In this document: piece after piece, positions 1 through 9,630 of the stretch
How positions within the stretch are numbered: the stretch's first letter is position 1
Layout: the number at the start of each line of letters is the position of its first letter
NCBI GenBank assembly: GCA_963764725.1
Contig: CAVXTM010000002.1
Location: 32,001-96,000 of the forward strand
Reading direction: 5' to 3'
Length of the DNA: 64,000 nucleotides
Source: an uncultured Gammaproteobacteria bacterium
Lineage (GTDB): Bacteria > Pseudomonadota > Gammaproteobacteria > JACCXJ01
The notes under the pieces: model-generated
Told to the model about the DNA's origin: nothing
Databases searched by the model: none
What the model saw: only the letters and a program-made list of their open reading frames with translations
Position numbers and translations under genes: made by a program

Positions 1-120
1 CCGCGGTTGTAGTCGCCCTGAAGACAAAGTGTTTTTGTAGCGTTGTACATGAGTGATCTCCCGGAACGGCCTACAGTCTAAGAGCCGGTCAAAAAACCGA
101 GAACAGCTCGGTTTTTTTAC

Positions 121-579
121 GTGCGATGGGCGGTCGACTATCATGCACGTATGCGTAAACCGGGAATTCGTTGGCACAGCCCCCCGCTGGGTGCGCTCGA
201 AATCCGCGCGCTTAAGGCCGTATGGGCGTTGGTGGAGGCCGATGCGAAGGCGGTGCAGTCGGCGCTGCAAGACGAGCATGCCGTGAGTCTCAGCACGGTA
301 CAAAGCACGCTGCAGCGCCTGTGTCGCAAGCAGTTGTTACGACGTAGTAAGATCGGTCATGCCTACTGCTACACCGCGGGCGTCAAACGCGGCGCATTGA
401 TCGGTGACAGCATCGGCGAAGTCATCGCGTGCCTGGGGCGCGGCGAGTTGCAACCGCTGGTGTCGACTTTTATCGAGCTCGCGGATGACGCGGATCGCGA
501 AACGCTGGATCGCCTACAACAGTGGGTGGACGCCCAGCCGCGTCGTGGCGAGGGCTCTACCGAGGAGTCGGAATCATGA
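121..579 (+). CDS. BlaI/MecI/CopY family transcriptional repressor (true start may be ATG 151)
   Basis: Winged-helix motifs LGALEIRALKAVW, SLSTVQSTLQRLCRKQLL and GHAYCY; lies directly upstream of an M56 peptidase. Confidence 0.85.
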   Translation: MRWAVDYHARMRKPGIRWHSPPLGALEIRALKAVWALVEADAKAVQSALQDEHAVSLSTVQSTLQRLCRKQLLRRSKIGHAYCYTAGVKRGALIGDSIGEVIACLGRGELQPLVSTFIELADDADRETLDRLQQWVDAQPRRGEGSTEESES

Positions 580-686
580 ACGAAACCTTGGCTATTCTCC
601 CTCTGGCGCTCGTCGCGTTTGCGCTACTTGCCTTGTTCTTGGGCGTGTTCGCCGGCACGGTGTATATCGCCGGGTACGTCCCATGA
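576..686 (+). CDS. 36-aa hydrophobic ORF (MNETLAILPLALVAFALLALFLGVFAGTVYIAGYVP); either a small membrane peptide or the frameshifted N-terminus of the M56 peptidase
   Basis: ATG 576 overlaps the repressor stop (ATGA); its TGA 684-686 overlaps ATG 683 of the peptidase frame. Confidence 0.5.
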   Translation: MNETLAILPLALVAFALLALFLGVFAGTVYIAGYVP

Positions 687-1537
687 TCTTGCGTTACATA
701 CCGCATCAGCGTGCCCATATGCTGCTATGGATAGGGTCGTGGCCTATGGCTGTGGCGTTGGTCAGCACACTGCTGACTTTCCTTCCGGCGCTTGGTGCCG
801 GATTCGTTGACCACCACTGCCATCCCTTGGAAGGATGTATGGCCCATGTCCCGGCTTTGGCCGCGAGCGATCCCGGCCGGCTCGCCGGTCTCATCGTACT
901 GTGCGCATTGATCATCGGCCTGTTTGCCGTGCTGGTATGGTGTGCTCGGCTCCGGCGTGTGGGCGCGCGGCTGGCAGCCGGTGCCAAAACCGTGGCGGGG
1001 GCGGGCTATCGGGTAATCGATGAAATGTCTCCCATAGCCTGTTCGCTCGGCTGGTTGCGCCCGCAGGTGATTTTCTCGCGTGGGCTCCTGGGCATGACCG
1101 ATACCCGTGAACGTGCCGTGATACTGGCGCACGAATTGGCGCACGGGCGCCGTTTCGACAACCTGCGACAACTGTGGATGCTGGGCGCGACCTGGGCGTA
1201 CGGGCCGCGAGTGCGACGCCTCCTGGTGGCGGATTTGCGCGCCGCGTCGGAGCAGGCGTGTGACGCCGAGGCGGCGCGTACTGTGCGAGACCCTCGGTTG
1301 GTGGCAGCGACATTGATTCGGCTGGCACGCGCCACACCTTGCCGCCATAACCTCGCCGAATGTGGCATCGACGGTGCCGATATCGAGGCCCGTGTGCACG
1401 CGCTGTTAGTTCCGGCACACGCCGCCTTCCCCACGTTACCCTGGGCGGTGTTAGGGCTGGCCGCCAGTTCTATCTTTCTGGCGGCGAGTATTGCTCCGTT
1501 ACATCATGTCTTGGAGTGGTTGGCCAGATTCGTGTAG
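683..1537 (+). CDS. M56 (BlaR1-like) membrane zinc metallopeptidase
   Basis: HELAH zinc motif, RRFDNL, EQACD..AA, TM helices; paired with the BlaI-type repressor. Confidence 0.85.
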   Translation: MILRYIPHQRAHMLLWIGSWPMAVALVSTLLTFLPALGAGFVDHHCHPLEGCMAHVPALAASDPGRLAGLIVLCALIIGLFAVLVWCARLRRVGARLAAGAKTVAGAGYRVIDEMSPIACSLGWLRPQVIFSRGLLGMTDTRERAVILAHELAHGRRFDNLRQLWMLGATWAYGPRVRRLLVADLRAASEQACDAEAARTVRDPRLVAATLIRLARATPCRHNLAECGIDGADIEARVHALLVPAHAAFPTLPWAVLGLAASSIFLAASIAPLHHVLEWLARFV

Positions 1538-1750
1538 CCTCCGGGTGGTGACGGGTTGGCGCTGCCGGTACACGGCGTCTATCGGCAACAGCCGTCTGGA
1601 GTTGGCGTCTCTGTGTCGCACCGACTGACCTTAACGACAATCGCGACGGCCGTGCGCCCAGTCCAAAGCTAGCTGCCGCGAGATGAGCTTGGCCTTCCCA
1701 ATTATTTCTGCGCGTAGCCGCGCTACAGCGGATGCCGTGAAACTCCCGCC

Positions 1751-1785
1751 GGCAACCATTGCTCCGGCCGGTAGCAATGTTGCCT
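1751..1785. terminator. Stem-loop between convergent genes
   Basis: GGCAAC-CATTGCT...AGCAATG-TTGCC inverted repeat just downstream of the 1808-2134 ORF; no clear U-tract. Confidence 0.4.
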
Positions 1786-1807
1786 TAGAACAGGAGTGTT
1801 ACGAATG

Positions 1808-2134
1808 TCAGGACTTGTGGGCGACTTTCGGAGGCGCAGTCTTGGAAATTGCCAGATAGTTTCCCTCTGCCTTGCTGATATTGCCACCGAGATCTCCATG
1901 AAATTCTAACTTTTCATCCCAGGTGTCGAAGCAGAAAACCTGCCCTTCGTTGTCCCAGGTACTGATCGAACACTCGCTATTTACTTGCTTGCCTTGTGCT
2001 AGGCTCATGGCATTTAAATTTCCTAACGGATATTTCACATCTTGCGGTTGCGGGTTGCACCCAGCCATCAGTGTCGCCAAGGCGACGCATGTCCCCAGTT
2101 TAATATATCTACTCATCCCACTCGCTCCTTCCAC
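1808..2134 (-). CDS. Putative lipoprotein with YHS-like small domain
   Basis: Lipobox LMAGC after a short hydrophobic stretch; ECSI.TW..EGQVFCF...K..F..D..GNISKA pattern recalls YHS-like proteins. Confidence 0.55.
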   Translation of the reverse strand: MEGASGMSRYIKLGTCVALATLMAGCNPQPQDVKYPLGNLNAMSLAQGKQVNSECSISTWDNEGQVFCFDTWDEKLEFHGDLGGNISKAEGNYLAISKTAPPKVAHKS

Positions 2135-2193
2135 GGTTGGTTTAGTTTGCTTTCAGCGGGAGATCTCTTGCTGTCAGCATCGAGCGCCGGGCT

Positions 2194-2430
2194 TTACGCC
2201 TTCAGGTCGGAAAGCGACGCACCATAATTGATGTGAAATACGTTGGTCCCAACCAGGAGCGCTGGGACCGATTTCACACCGGCGGATTCCGCCTCGGCAA
2301 TTCGCTCTCGGTGTTGGCCAAGATGGACGATCTCCACGTCGTACTTCTTTCTATCGATGGCTTCGGCTATCGTTTGCTCGGCAGCCACACAAACCGCACA
2401 TCCAGCATGGTAAAATACAGCTCTGTTCAT
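2194..2430 (-). CDS. Small thioredoxin/glutaredoxin-fold protein
   Basis: FYHAGCAVC (CxxC) and GVKSVPAL cis-Pro motif. Confidence 0.85.
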   Translation of the reverse strand: MNRAVFYHAGCAVCVAAEQTIAEAIDRKKYDVEIVHLGQHRERIAEAESAGVKSVPALLVGTNVFHINYGASLSDLKA

Positions 2431-2461
2431 ACCAGTCTCCTATAATGATTAGGTCAATAAG

Positions 2462-2529
2462 TAGTATTGACACGATACTATTAAACACCGGTCTTGACTA
2501 CTTGTCAATATAATATTGACTCGATACTA
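2462..2529. promoter_or_regulatory. Two near-identical 19-bp palindromic operators, likely MarR sites
   Basis: TAGTATTGACACGATACTA (2462-2480) and TAATATTGACTCGATACTA (2511-2529) in the AT-rich divergent intergenic region. Confidence 0.7.
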
Positions 2530-2540
2530 TATGCGTCGAG

Positions 2541-3101
2541 ATGAGCGCGCTATTGATTCACGAATACCTAGAGCGACTAGCCGGCCTTCTGCGCCACAAC
2601 GCACGGAGGTTGGGTCTCAACTACGCATTGCAGCCCGTGCATCTCGAGGTGATGCATTACCTAGCGATCTGCAATCGCTATTCGGACACGCCGCGAGCAG
2701 TTTCCGAGTATCTCGGTTTAACGAAAGGGACCGTATCTCAGAGCTTGAAGGTCCTCGAACATAAAGGTTTGATCACGAGAATCGCTGATGAGCGCGACAA
2801 GCGCGTGGTACATCTTGGCTTGAGCACTATGGGGAAGAGGTTTTTCGCGGACTACGTACCCGCGCCGGTGCTCAATGCCGCTTGCTCTCACCTCCCGAAG
2901 CAAACACAAGCACTCATCGCCGAGTCGATGAAAAACCTGCTCCTCGCTTGCCAGCGCGCCAATGAAATGAAATCTTTTGGCCCCTGCCATACCTGTATGC
3001 ATAATCGAAGGATCAAGGGGGAGTATTTTTGTGGGCTAACCCAAGAAGCATTGAGTCGCGACGATATCAAATTGATCTGCCGGGAACATACCTACGCCTA
3101 G
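2541..3101 (+). CDS. MarR family regulator with C-terminal Cys-rich motif
   Basis: wHTH (LGLTKGTVSQSLKVLEHKGLI..DERDKR); C-terminal CHTCMH...FCGL...LICREH. Confidence 0.9.
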   Translation: MSALLIHEYLERLAGLLRHNARRLGLNYALQPVHLEVMHYLAICNRYSDTPRAVSEYLGLTKGTVSQSLKVLEHKGLITRIADERDKRVVHLGLSTMGKRFFADYVPAPVLNAACSHLPKQTQALIAESMKNLLLACQRANEMKSFGPCHTCMHNRRIKGEYFCGLTQEALSRDDIKLICREHTYA

Positions 3102-3224
3102 CGGCAAAGCCATTGGCGTTCTGCACGAAGGGGATCGGGTACTGCGTCGTCATAACACCGTGGGCCGCTGTTGGGAACTGGCTGTGTTCTCGGGACGTTT
3201 TGCGGTCAAAAAAAACTTATCCCC

Positions 3225-5063
3225 TCACCCGACCGCGACGATCGATTCGCTCAAGCGCACCTCTTGAGCACGCTTCAATTCCTTCTCCTCTTCTTCCTGC
3301 TGCAGGGCCCACATGCGCGCATAGGCGCCGCCAAGGTCGATTAGCTCGCGGTGGCTGCCGCGCTCGATGATGCGGCCCTCCTCCATGACGAGAATTTGAT
3401 CCGCGTTGACGATGGTGGACAAGCGATGGGCGATCACCAAGGTCGTGTGGTTCTGCGCCACCTGCCTGAGCTCGGCCTGGATGGTTTTCTCGGTCTTGGA
3501 GTCGAGCGCAGAGGTGGCTTCGTCGAACACCAAGATGCAGGGATTCTTCAAGACGGTGCGCGCGATGGCGACGCGCTGTTTCTCGCCGCCCGAGAGCTTG
3601 AGGCCGCGCTCTCCGACGAGCGTTTCGTATTTGTCGGGCAGCGACTCGATGAAATCGTGGATATGCGCATGCTTGGCAGCTTGAATGATTTCAGCGCGCG
3701 ACGCGCGGGGTTCACCATAGGCGATGTTGTAGTAGATGGTGTCGTTAAAGAGCACCGTATCTTGCGGCACGATACCGATGGCGCGGCGTAGACTTTTCTG
3801 CGTGATCCGGCGAATGTCCTGGTCGTCGATCAGGATGCCCCCACCGCTCACGTCGTAGTAGCGGAACAGCAAGCGCGACAGCGTCGATTTACCCGCGCCG
3901 CTCGTTCCTACTACCGCGACCTTGTGGCCGGCCGGTACTTCGAAGCTCACAGCATGCAGGATCGGGCGCCGCGGGTCATAGGCGAAATCAACACGCTCGA
4001 AACGCACGGCGCCGGGCCCGACGACGAGATCTTTGGCGCCGGGATCGTCTTGAATCTCGGCGTTGATTCCTAGTAGCCTGAACATCTTCTCCATGTCGGC
4101 GAGCGACTGCCTGATCTCGCGATACACCATACCGAGGAAGTTGAGCGGGATGTAGAGCTGGATCATCAGGGTGTTGATCAGCACCAGATCGCCGAGCGTC
4201 ATCGTATGCTGCACGACGCCATCGGCGGCCCGCAACAGGAGCAAGGTCACGCCGGTCGCGATGACCGCGCTTTGGGCGATGTTGAGGCCAGCAAGCGACG
4301 TTTGGCTGCGCACCGAAGCCTGCTCCCAGCGTTGCAGGTTATCGTCGTAACGCCGCGCTTCGAATTCCTCATTGCCGAAATACTTGACCGTCTCGTAGTT
4401 GAGCAGGCTATCGATGGCTTTGGTGTTGGCCTTGGAGTCCATCTCGTTCATCGCGCGGCGGAACTTGGTGCGCCACTCCGTGATGCTGATGGTCAGCACG
4501 ATATAAATGACCAGAGTCCCGAGCGTAATCAGCGCGAACCAGATCTCATATTGGGTGACGAGGATGAGGCCCACGAGCGTCATTTCCAGCAAGGTGGGAA
4601 CGATGCTGAAGATGAGCAAGCGCATCAGGTTTTCGATCCCGCGCGCACCGCGCTCGATATCGCGGGCCACGCCCCCGGTTTGGCGTTCCAGGTGGAAGCG
4701 CAAGCTCAGCGCGTGCAAATGCCGAAATACCTCGACCGCTAGGCGCCGGATTGCGCGCTGCGTGACGCGCGCGAAGACGACGTCTCGGAGATCGGTAAAT
4801 AGCGTGGTCGAGAACCGCAGCAATCCATAGCCGATAAGCAGAAACGCCGGCACCATCAACAGCGCCTTGGGTTGGTTCAGCCCATCGACGATCTGTTTTA
4901 GGACCAGGGGAACCGATACATTGGCAAGCTTGGCGACGATAAGGCACGAGAGCGCCAAGACTAAGCGCCCGCGGTATTCCCACAGATAAGGTAGCAATAC
5001 GCGCAACGCCTTGAGGTCGGCGGGATCGTCAGTCAACGGAGGTCGGCGGGATTCAGAACGCAT
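3225..5063 (-). CDS. ABC transporter, ATM1/HMT1 (ABCB7-like) fused permease/ATPase
   Basis: LSLRFHLERQTGG, DSLLNYETVKYF, Walker A GTSGAGKST, LSGGEKQR, Walker B DEATSALD. Confidence 0.93.
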   Translation of the reverse strand: MRSESRRPPLTDDPADLKALRVLLPYLWEYRGRLVLALSCLIVAKLANVSVPLVLKQIVDGLNQPKALLMVPAFLLIGYGLLRFSTTLFTDLRDVVFARVTQRAIRRLAVEVFRHLHALSLRFHLERQTGGVARDIERGARGIENLMRLLIFSIVPTLLEMTLVGLILVTQYEIWFALITLGTLVIYIVLTISITEWRTKFRRAMNEMDSKANTKAIDSLLNYETVKYFGNEEFEARRYDDNLQRWEQASVRSQTSLAGLNIAQSAVIATGVTLLLLRAADGVVQHTMTLGDLVLINTLMIQLYIPLNFLGMVYREIRQSLADMEKMFRLLGINAEIQDDPGAKDLVVGPGAVRFERVDFAYDPRRPILHAVSFEVPAGHKVAVVGTSGAGKSTLSRLLFRYYDVSGGGILIDDQDIRRITQKSLRRAIGIVPQDTVLFNDTIYYNIAYGEPRASRAEIIQAAKHAHIHDFIESLPDKYETLVGERGLKLSGGEKQRVAIARTVLKNPCILVFDEATSALDSKTEKTIQAELRQVAQNHTTLVIAHRLSTIVNADQILVMEEGRIIERGSHRELIDLGGAYARMWALQQEEEEKELKRAQEVRLSESIVAVG

Positions 5064-5115
5064 TTGTATATAAGATCAGGTGCTGCCTGGAGCTGGCGGG
5101 GCATCCGGCTAACGG

Positions 5116-5451
5116 TCACCGGATCAAGCGCTCGATCAGCAATGAGGCGAGATCGCGCCTGCCGTCCAGTACACCGAGGACATAAACACGATCGACATCA
5201 AACCGGTAGATGATGCGCCAAGGCCGGACGATGATCTCTCGGTACGCAAACACGCTAAGTTGCTTCAACTCTGGAACAAAGCGCCCGCGTTCCGGCAAGA
5301 ACGCGAGGTTTTTCGCGGAATGTTCAAGCCGGTCGAGGACGGCAAGTGCGTTTTCGGCGCTGTCATGGGCAATGAAACGAGCGATCTCTTCAACGTCTAT
5401 GCGTGCCGTTTCCGTCCATAGAATCTCATAGCGAGGCTTTGCCGCGCTCAA
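5116..5451 (-). CDS. ParE/RelE family toxin
   Basis: ILWTETARID..I..FIA.DS, PERGR.VPEL, WRIIYR, VLDGRRDL. Confidence 0.88.
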   Translation of the reverse strand: MSAAKPRYEILWTETARIDVEEIARFIAHDSAENALAVLDRLEHSAKNLAFLPERGRFVPELKQLSVFAYREIIVRPWRIIYRFDVDRVYVLGVLDGRRDLASLLIERLIR

Positions 5452-5716
5452 GCTCTTTCCTCAGGCTATTGAAGAGGTCACGTTGACCGACCACTCGATT
5501 GCGGCGAATATCGGCCTCGCCTTGCACCAGGAGCTTGAGCATGAGCAATCCCTGCTCGAGCTTGCGGAAGGAGGCTATGTCGTGCACGACCGCCGTGGCC
5601 GTGCCGTTCTGGGTCAATACGATGGCCTCGCCGCTTTCCCTGATTCGGGCCAGCAGTTGGCTGGCCTCGCTCTTGAATTCGCTGAGACTGATGATGGATT
5701 CGCTCATAGCTATCAA
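5426..5716 (-). CDS. Phd/YefM family antitoxin
   Basis: ISLSEFKSEASQLL...IVLTQNG..AVV; overlaps the toxin start. Confidence 0.88.
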   Translation of the reverse strand: MIAMSESIISLSEFKSEASQLLARIRESGEAIVLTQNGTATAVVHDIASFRKLEQGLLMLKLLVQGEADIRRNRVVGQRDLFNSLRKELERGKASL

Positions 5717-5943
5717 ATGAAGTCCGAATTCAGTCAGATCCTAGACTTTTTGGCTACGGGGTTCAAGTCTCGACAGCTACCGGACGCGAGAGGCCTCCAG
5801 CCCGAGCACGATGCCGGCGCGACCGAGTCCGACCTCGGCGACGAGCTTCTGGAAGCCCCGGAAATCGGAGCAAGTATACGGTGGCCCTGCCGCCGAGGAG
5901 GACATCGGTGCTCAGGCCCACGATGACATCATTGCCGCCGGTG

Positions 5944-6795
5944 TCACGAGCCCCGCGGCAACGCGTAGAACGCGACCGCATTGTCGTGGAACAGAAGGCG
6001 TTGCTCGTCCTCCGGACGCCGCGCGACGATCAGCCGCAGCGCCTCGATCCAACGCGCAAGCCCGCCGTGCAGCGTGCAGACGGGCCAGTTGCCGCCGAAC
6101 AACACGCGTCGCGGCCCGAACGCCTCGATCACGTGGTCGACGATGGGCGCGACCTCAGCCGCGGCCGCAGCGAGTGGGCCCTCGGGCACGGGCAGCCCCG
6201 AGACCTTGCAGACGGTGTTTCCGGCCCGCGCGACCACTTCGATGTCGCGCCGCCACTGGTGAAGGTCGGCCGGACCGAGCCCGACGTTGCCGCAGTGGTC
6301 GAGGACGAAGCGCGTGTCCGGACAGGCCGCCGCGAGCGCGGCGCCGTCCGCCAGCTCCGCGCTGCGCATGCACAGGTCGAAGCAGAGCCCGTTCGCGCCG
6401 AGCCAGCGCACGTCCGCGACAAAGGCGGGCTCGAGGCACAGCTTCGGGCGTGCCGATGGCACCTGAAGCACTTGACGGACGCCTTTGGCGAAGGGATCGT
6501 CCTTGAAGCGCGCTACCAGCGCGCGGAACCCGGGCGTTCCCGGGTGCCCAGGGAGGACCGCGCCCGCGAGCGGTGTGTCGGTACGGCGGCACAGCTCGAG
6601 GACGTGGTGCGCCTCGGTTGCCTGCTGCTCCACCGCGGCATCGATCTCCATGTAGACACTTCGCTCGATGCCTGTCCCGAGCGTAGCTTTGGCGTAGTCG
6701 TCGAGCGGCAAATATGCTCGATCGGCGCGCGTCCAAGGCAGGTCGAAGCGCGTTAAGTCCCAGAGGTGCTGGTGGGTGTCTACGATCGGAATCAT
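5944..6795 (-). CDS. Amidohydrolase-2 family protein (sugar lactonase-like)
   Basis: IVDTHQHLWD, FVLDHCG, VCKVSG, VLFGGNWPVC, FHDNA..FY; ATG at 6795. Confidence 0.88.
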   Translation of the reverse strand: MIPIVDTHQHLWDLTRFDLPWTRADRAYLPLDDYAKATLGTGIERSVYMEIDAAVEQQATEAHHVLELCRRTDTPLAGAVLPGHPGTPGFRALVARFKDDPFAKGVRQVLQVPSARPKLCLEPAFVADVRWLGANGLCFDLCMRSAELADGAALAAACPDTRFVLDHCGNVGLGPADLHQWRRDIEVVARAGNTVCKVSGLPVPEGPLAAAAAEVAPIVDHVIEAFGPRRVLFGGNWPVCTLHGGLARWIEALRLIVARRPEDEQRLLFHDNAVAFYALPRGS

Positions 6796-6823
6796 GCGCG
6801 CCCTCTGTCCCTCCTCATCGTCT

Positions 6824-8479
6824 CTAAGCCGCCGGCCGTTGCGTGAGCTTATCGCTCGCTTCGCGCTCCGCCTCGAGGCGTTTGATGGATGCCGATAACT
6901 CCGGAAGCACATGTGCGAAGGTAAACATGTAATAGTGGTACCCCATCAAGATAAAGGGAAGTATAAAAGGCATTTGGTCGGGGCATTTGAGAATGACCTT
7001 CCAGGCGAAGGACTGGCTTGCGCGTTTGTAATGCGCCGGCAGCCGGTGAAGGATGCGATAGAAGGACCTGAGCTGGCGTAGAAAGGATCGCAGCGTCCGG
7101 CGTTTACCGGCGCCCTGCAGTAGGAAGGACACCCCCACATGCCCGAGCCACAGAGCCCTCGCTATACGTTCCCACGCGCGACCGGGATGAGGGAGGTGAC
7201 AGAGGGCCTCAAAGGCCCGTTTGAAATACTCTTCCGGCGCATAGATCGATTGCAGGATCTGGCAATGCCCTTCCAACAATCGGATCGCGGGAATCAGGGT
7301 GACGATATTGGTATAACCCGAGGCGATCGTCTGATCGTACCCTCGGCCATCTCCTGTCAGGAGACGGCCCGTCTGCTGCATGCGGGCGTAGAGCGGGGTC
7401 CCGGGTAGGGCCACCAGCGGCCCGATCATGGCGTTGGTAATTGCCGCCTGTCCGATAAACGCGATCTGGCGAGCGAAGATGTCCTCCCCATCGCTATCGA
7501 AACCGATGATGAACCCGCCGAAGACCAGTAGACCCGCGCTTTGGATCTTATGGACGCGCCCCTCGAGCGAGCCTTTCAGGTTCTGGAACTTACGGGTCTC
7601 CTTTAGACTTTCTGCCGAGGGAGACTCGATGCCGAGAAACACCCAGGTGAAGTTGGCCCTGACCATGAGATCCAAAAGCTCACCGTCTTCGGAGAGATTC
7701 ACCGAGGCCTCGGTCCCGTAGAAGAAGGGGTGCCCGTGGGCGGCGTTCCAGGCGGCCAGTTCCACCAGGAACCGCTTGACTTCCTTCTTGTTGCCGATGA
7801 AGTTGTCATCGACGATAAAGATCATCCCCCGGTATCCGGTCTCAAGGATCGCCCCCAGCTCCCGCAACACCTGAGCCGGTGTTTTGGTCCTTGGCTTGCG
7901 GCCGAACATGACGATGATGTCGCAGAACTCGCATTGAAACGGGCAACCTCGGGAGAATTGAATCGGGATGATTCCATACGCGTCGATGTTCAGGAGCTCG
8001 AAGCGGGGGACAGGGGTGCTGGAGACATCGGGCTTCTCCTCGCTGGTATACCTGTCTTTATAAATACCTCGTTCCAGATCCTCGAGGAAGGCCGGCCAGG
8101 TGATCTCGCCTTCGCTCAGCACCAGGACATCGCAATGCGGCGCGCATTCAGCCGCACAGGCCGTCGGATAGGGGCCTCCAAAGACGATCAACTTGTGTGC
8201 GGCCTTGCAGTGCTCGGCCACTTGAAAGAGCGACGGTTTCTGTGGAAGCATCGCCGAAAAACACACGATATCGGCCCAGCCGAGGTCCTCCTCCGTCAAG
8301 GCTTCGCAGTTCAAGTCCACCAGGCGGATCTCATAGTGGCTGGAGGTCAAGGCTGCGATGGTGATAAGCCCGAGCGGCGGCATCAGGGCTTGCTTGCCGA
8401 TGAGAGGAAGAAAGTACTGCATTCCCCAATAGGTCTTCGGAAATTCCGGGTAGACCATCAAAAGGTGCCGATAGCGCAT
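6824..8479 (-). CDS. Cobalamin-binding radical SAM protein (DUF4070-type); frame is open upstream to GTG 8584
   Basis: PPLGLITIAA B12-binding region; SRGCPFQCEFCDI (CxxxCxxC); FIVDDNFIGN. Confidence 0.92.
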   Translation of the reverse strand: MRYRHLLMVYPEFPKTYWGMQYFLPLIGKQALMPPLGLITIAALTSSHYEIRLVDLNCEALTEEDLGWADIVCFSAMLPQKPSLFQVAEHCKAAHKLIVFGGPYPTACAAECAPHCDVLVLSEGEITWPAFLEDLERGIYKDRYTSEEKPDVSSTPVPRFELLNIDAYGIIPIQFSRGCPFQCEFCDIIVMFGRKPRTKTPAQVLRELGAILETGYRGMIFIVDDNFIGNKKEVKRFLVELAAWNAAHGHPFFYGTEASVNLSEDGELLDLMVRANFTWVFLGIESPSAESLKETRKFQNLKGSLEGRVHKIQSAGLLVFGGFIIGFDSDGEDIFARQIAFIGQAAITNAMIGPLVALPGTPLYARMQQTGRLLTGDGRGYDQTIASGYTNIVTLIPAIRLLEGHCQILQSIYAPEEYFKRAFEALCHLPHPGRAWERIARALWLGHVGVSFLLQGAGKRRTLRSFLRQLRSFYRILHRLPAHYKRASQSFAWKVILKCPDQMPFILPFILMGYHYYMFTFAHVLPELSASIKRLEAEREASDKLTQRPAA

Positions 8480-8580
8480 GCTCAAAGCGTCGGGGAACGG
8501 GCGGCTCACCTTGGCCGCGGGCAACTGGAGATGATCGGCTGGAAGTACCGCAGCGCCGACGCCTCGTTCGACCAACCCGG

Positions 8581-9630
8581 TCACGTCCCGCCTCTGAGCT
8601 CATTCACCACGGCCCGTATCCCCTTTGCAACGTCGGTGAACGCCTCGTCGATATCCGTCCAGCTCTTGATGGGCTTGGCGTCCTTTGGTAGGGCCTGCAA
8701 TTTACCGAAAGGCGCGCCCGCCCAGTTAACATTGCGCAGAATGACCGGGATGACCCGCGCAGTTCTGGCCTCATGCCGCGCCATGCCGCGCTTGAGCTCG
8801 ATGTCCCAGCAGTAGTCGGAGGCGAGGAAATCGTCGCTGACAAGCAGCAGGATGATCTCGGCGGATTCGAGGTGCTCGTCGATAGCACCGGCCCATTCGT
8901 TGCCAGCGCCGATCTTGCGGTCGTGCCAGTCTTCGATCACGCCCTGCCGCTTCAGAATGCTGAGGTGCTTGACCAGCTTGTCCTTGTACTCTTCGTCTTT
9001 ATGGGAATAAGAGAAGAAGATGCGAATCTTCTTTTTCTGTTCGTTCGTAGGCTCCTCCTTGTCCCTGAGCGTGATGCCTAGCACTTCGGCCAGATCATGC
9101 GTGCCGTCGAGCGCGCGCGTTATGTAACTCCAGGGAACGAACCTTCCATCGATCTTATCGTGATTCGTCCAATCGGCCAACCGTTTGTCGAGGCCGAACC
9201 ACGGGACGTCGAGGTCCTCCGCGATGACCCGGATCGACTTCGACCGGAACAAGTAGCGGATCCCCTCCACAGCGGCGACGTGATTACCGTCCCCAAGGAT
9301 CCACTTGGGGATCTGGAGAATGGCGAGCTCTGTGTTCCCGCCACCCTGGATCGATGTGAAGCGCCGCACCATCGAACCGCCGTAGGGATCCTTGACTTCG
9401 GCATCCGTCACGCTAATCCCGCGCGAAGCAAGCCCCGACCGCATCCGATCGCTCAACTCCGCGGAAAGCCGCATGTCGACGAGAGCGGCCGCGGGGTCGG
9501 GGCGTGGAGCCGACGGCGTCAGACGATCGAACAGATTCGCAAATCCGCTCGACCGCGCCACGGCCTCGCCGCCGGACTGGATGCCTTTGAGCGAGATCTC
9601 GGTCGCCTGTGGATCCATCTCGCCGCTCAC
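8581..9630 (-). CDS. TIR-domain protein with unknown ~190-aa N-terminal domain
   Basis: C-terminal IFFSYSHKD...W.DRKI.AG.EW...I...LESAEIILLLVS.DFLASDYCW..E...VIPVILR (TIR_2); catalytic-position Glu present. Confidence 0.9.
   Translation of the reverse strand: MSGEMDPQATEISLKGIQSGGEAVARSSGFANLFDRLTPSAPRPDPAAALVDMRLSAELSDRMRSGLASRGISVTDAEVKDPYGGSMVRRFTSIQGGGNTELAILQIPKWILGDGNHVAAVEGIRYLFRSKSIRVIAEDLDVPWFGLDKRLADWTNHDKIDGRFVPWSYITRALDGTHDLAEVLGITLRDKEEPTNEQKKKIRIFFSYSHKDEEYKDKLVKHLSILKRQGVIEDWHDRKIGAGNEWAGAIDEHLESAEIILLLVSDDFLASDYCWDIELKRGMARHEARTARVIPVILRNVNWAGAPFGKLQALPKDAKPIKSWTDIDEAFTDVAKGIRAVVNELRGGT

Noticed and set aside
1-120. BlaI/CopY operator (TACA-NN-TGTA)
   Set aside because: Only isolated half-sites (TGTA, TACA) without the right spacing
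5763-5940. GGNDVIVG as an RTX/hemolysin calcium-binding repeat remnant
   Set aside because: Single short match, insufficient evidence
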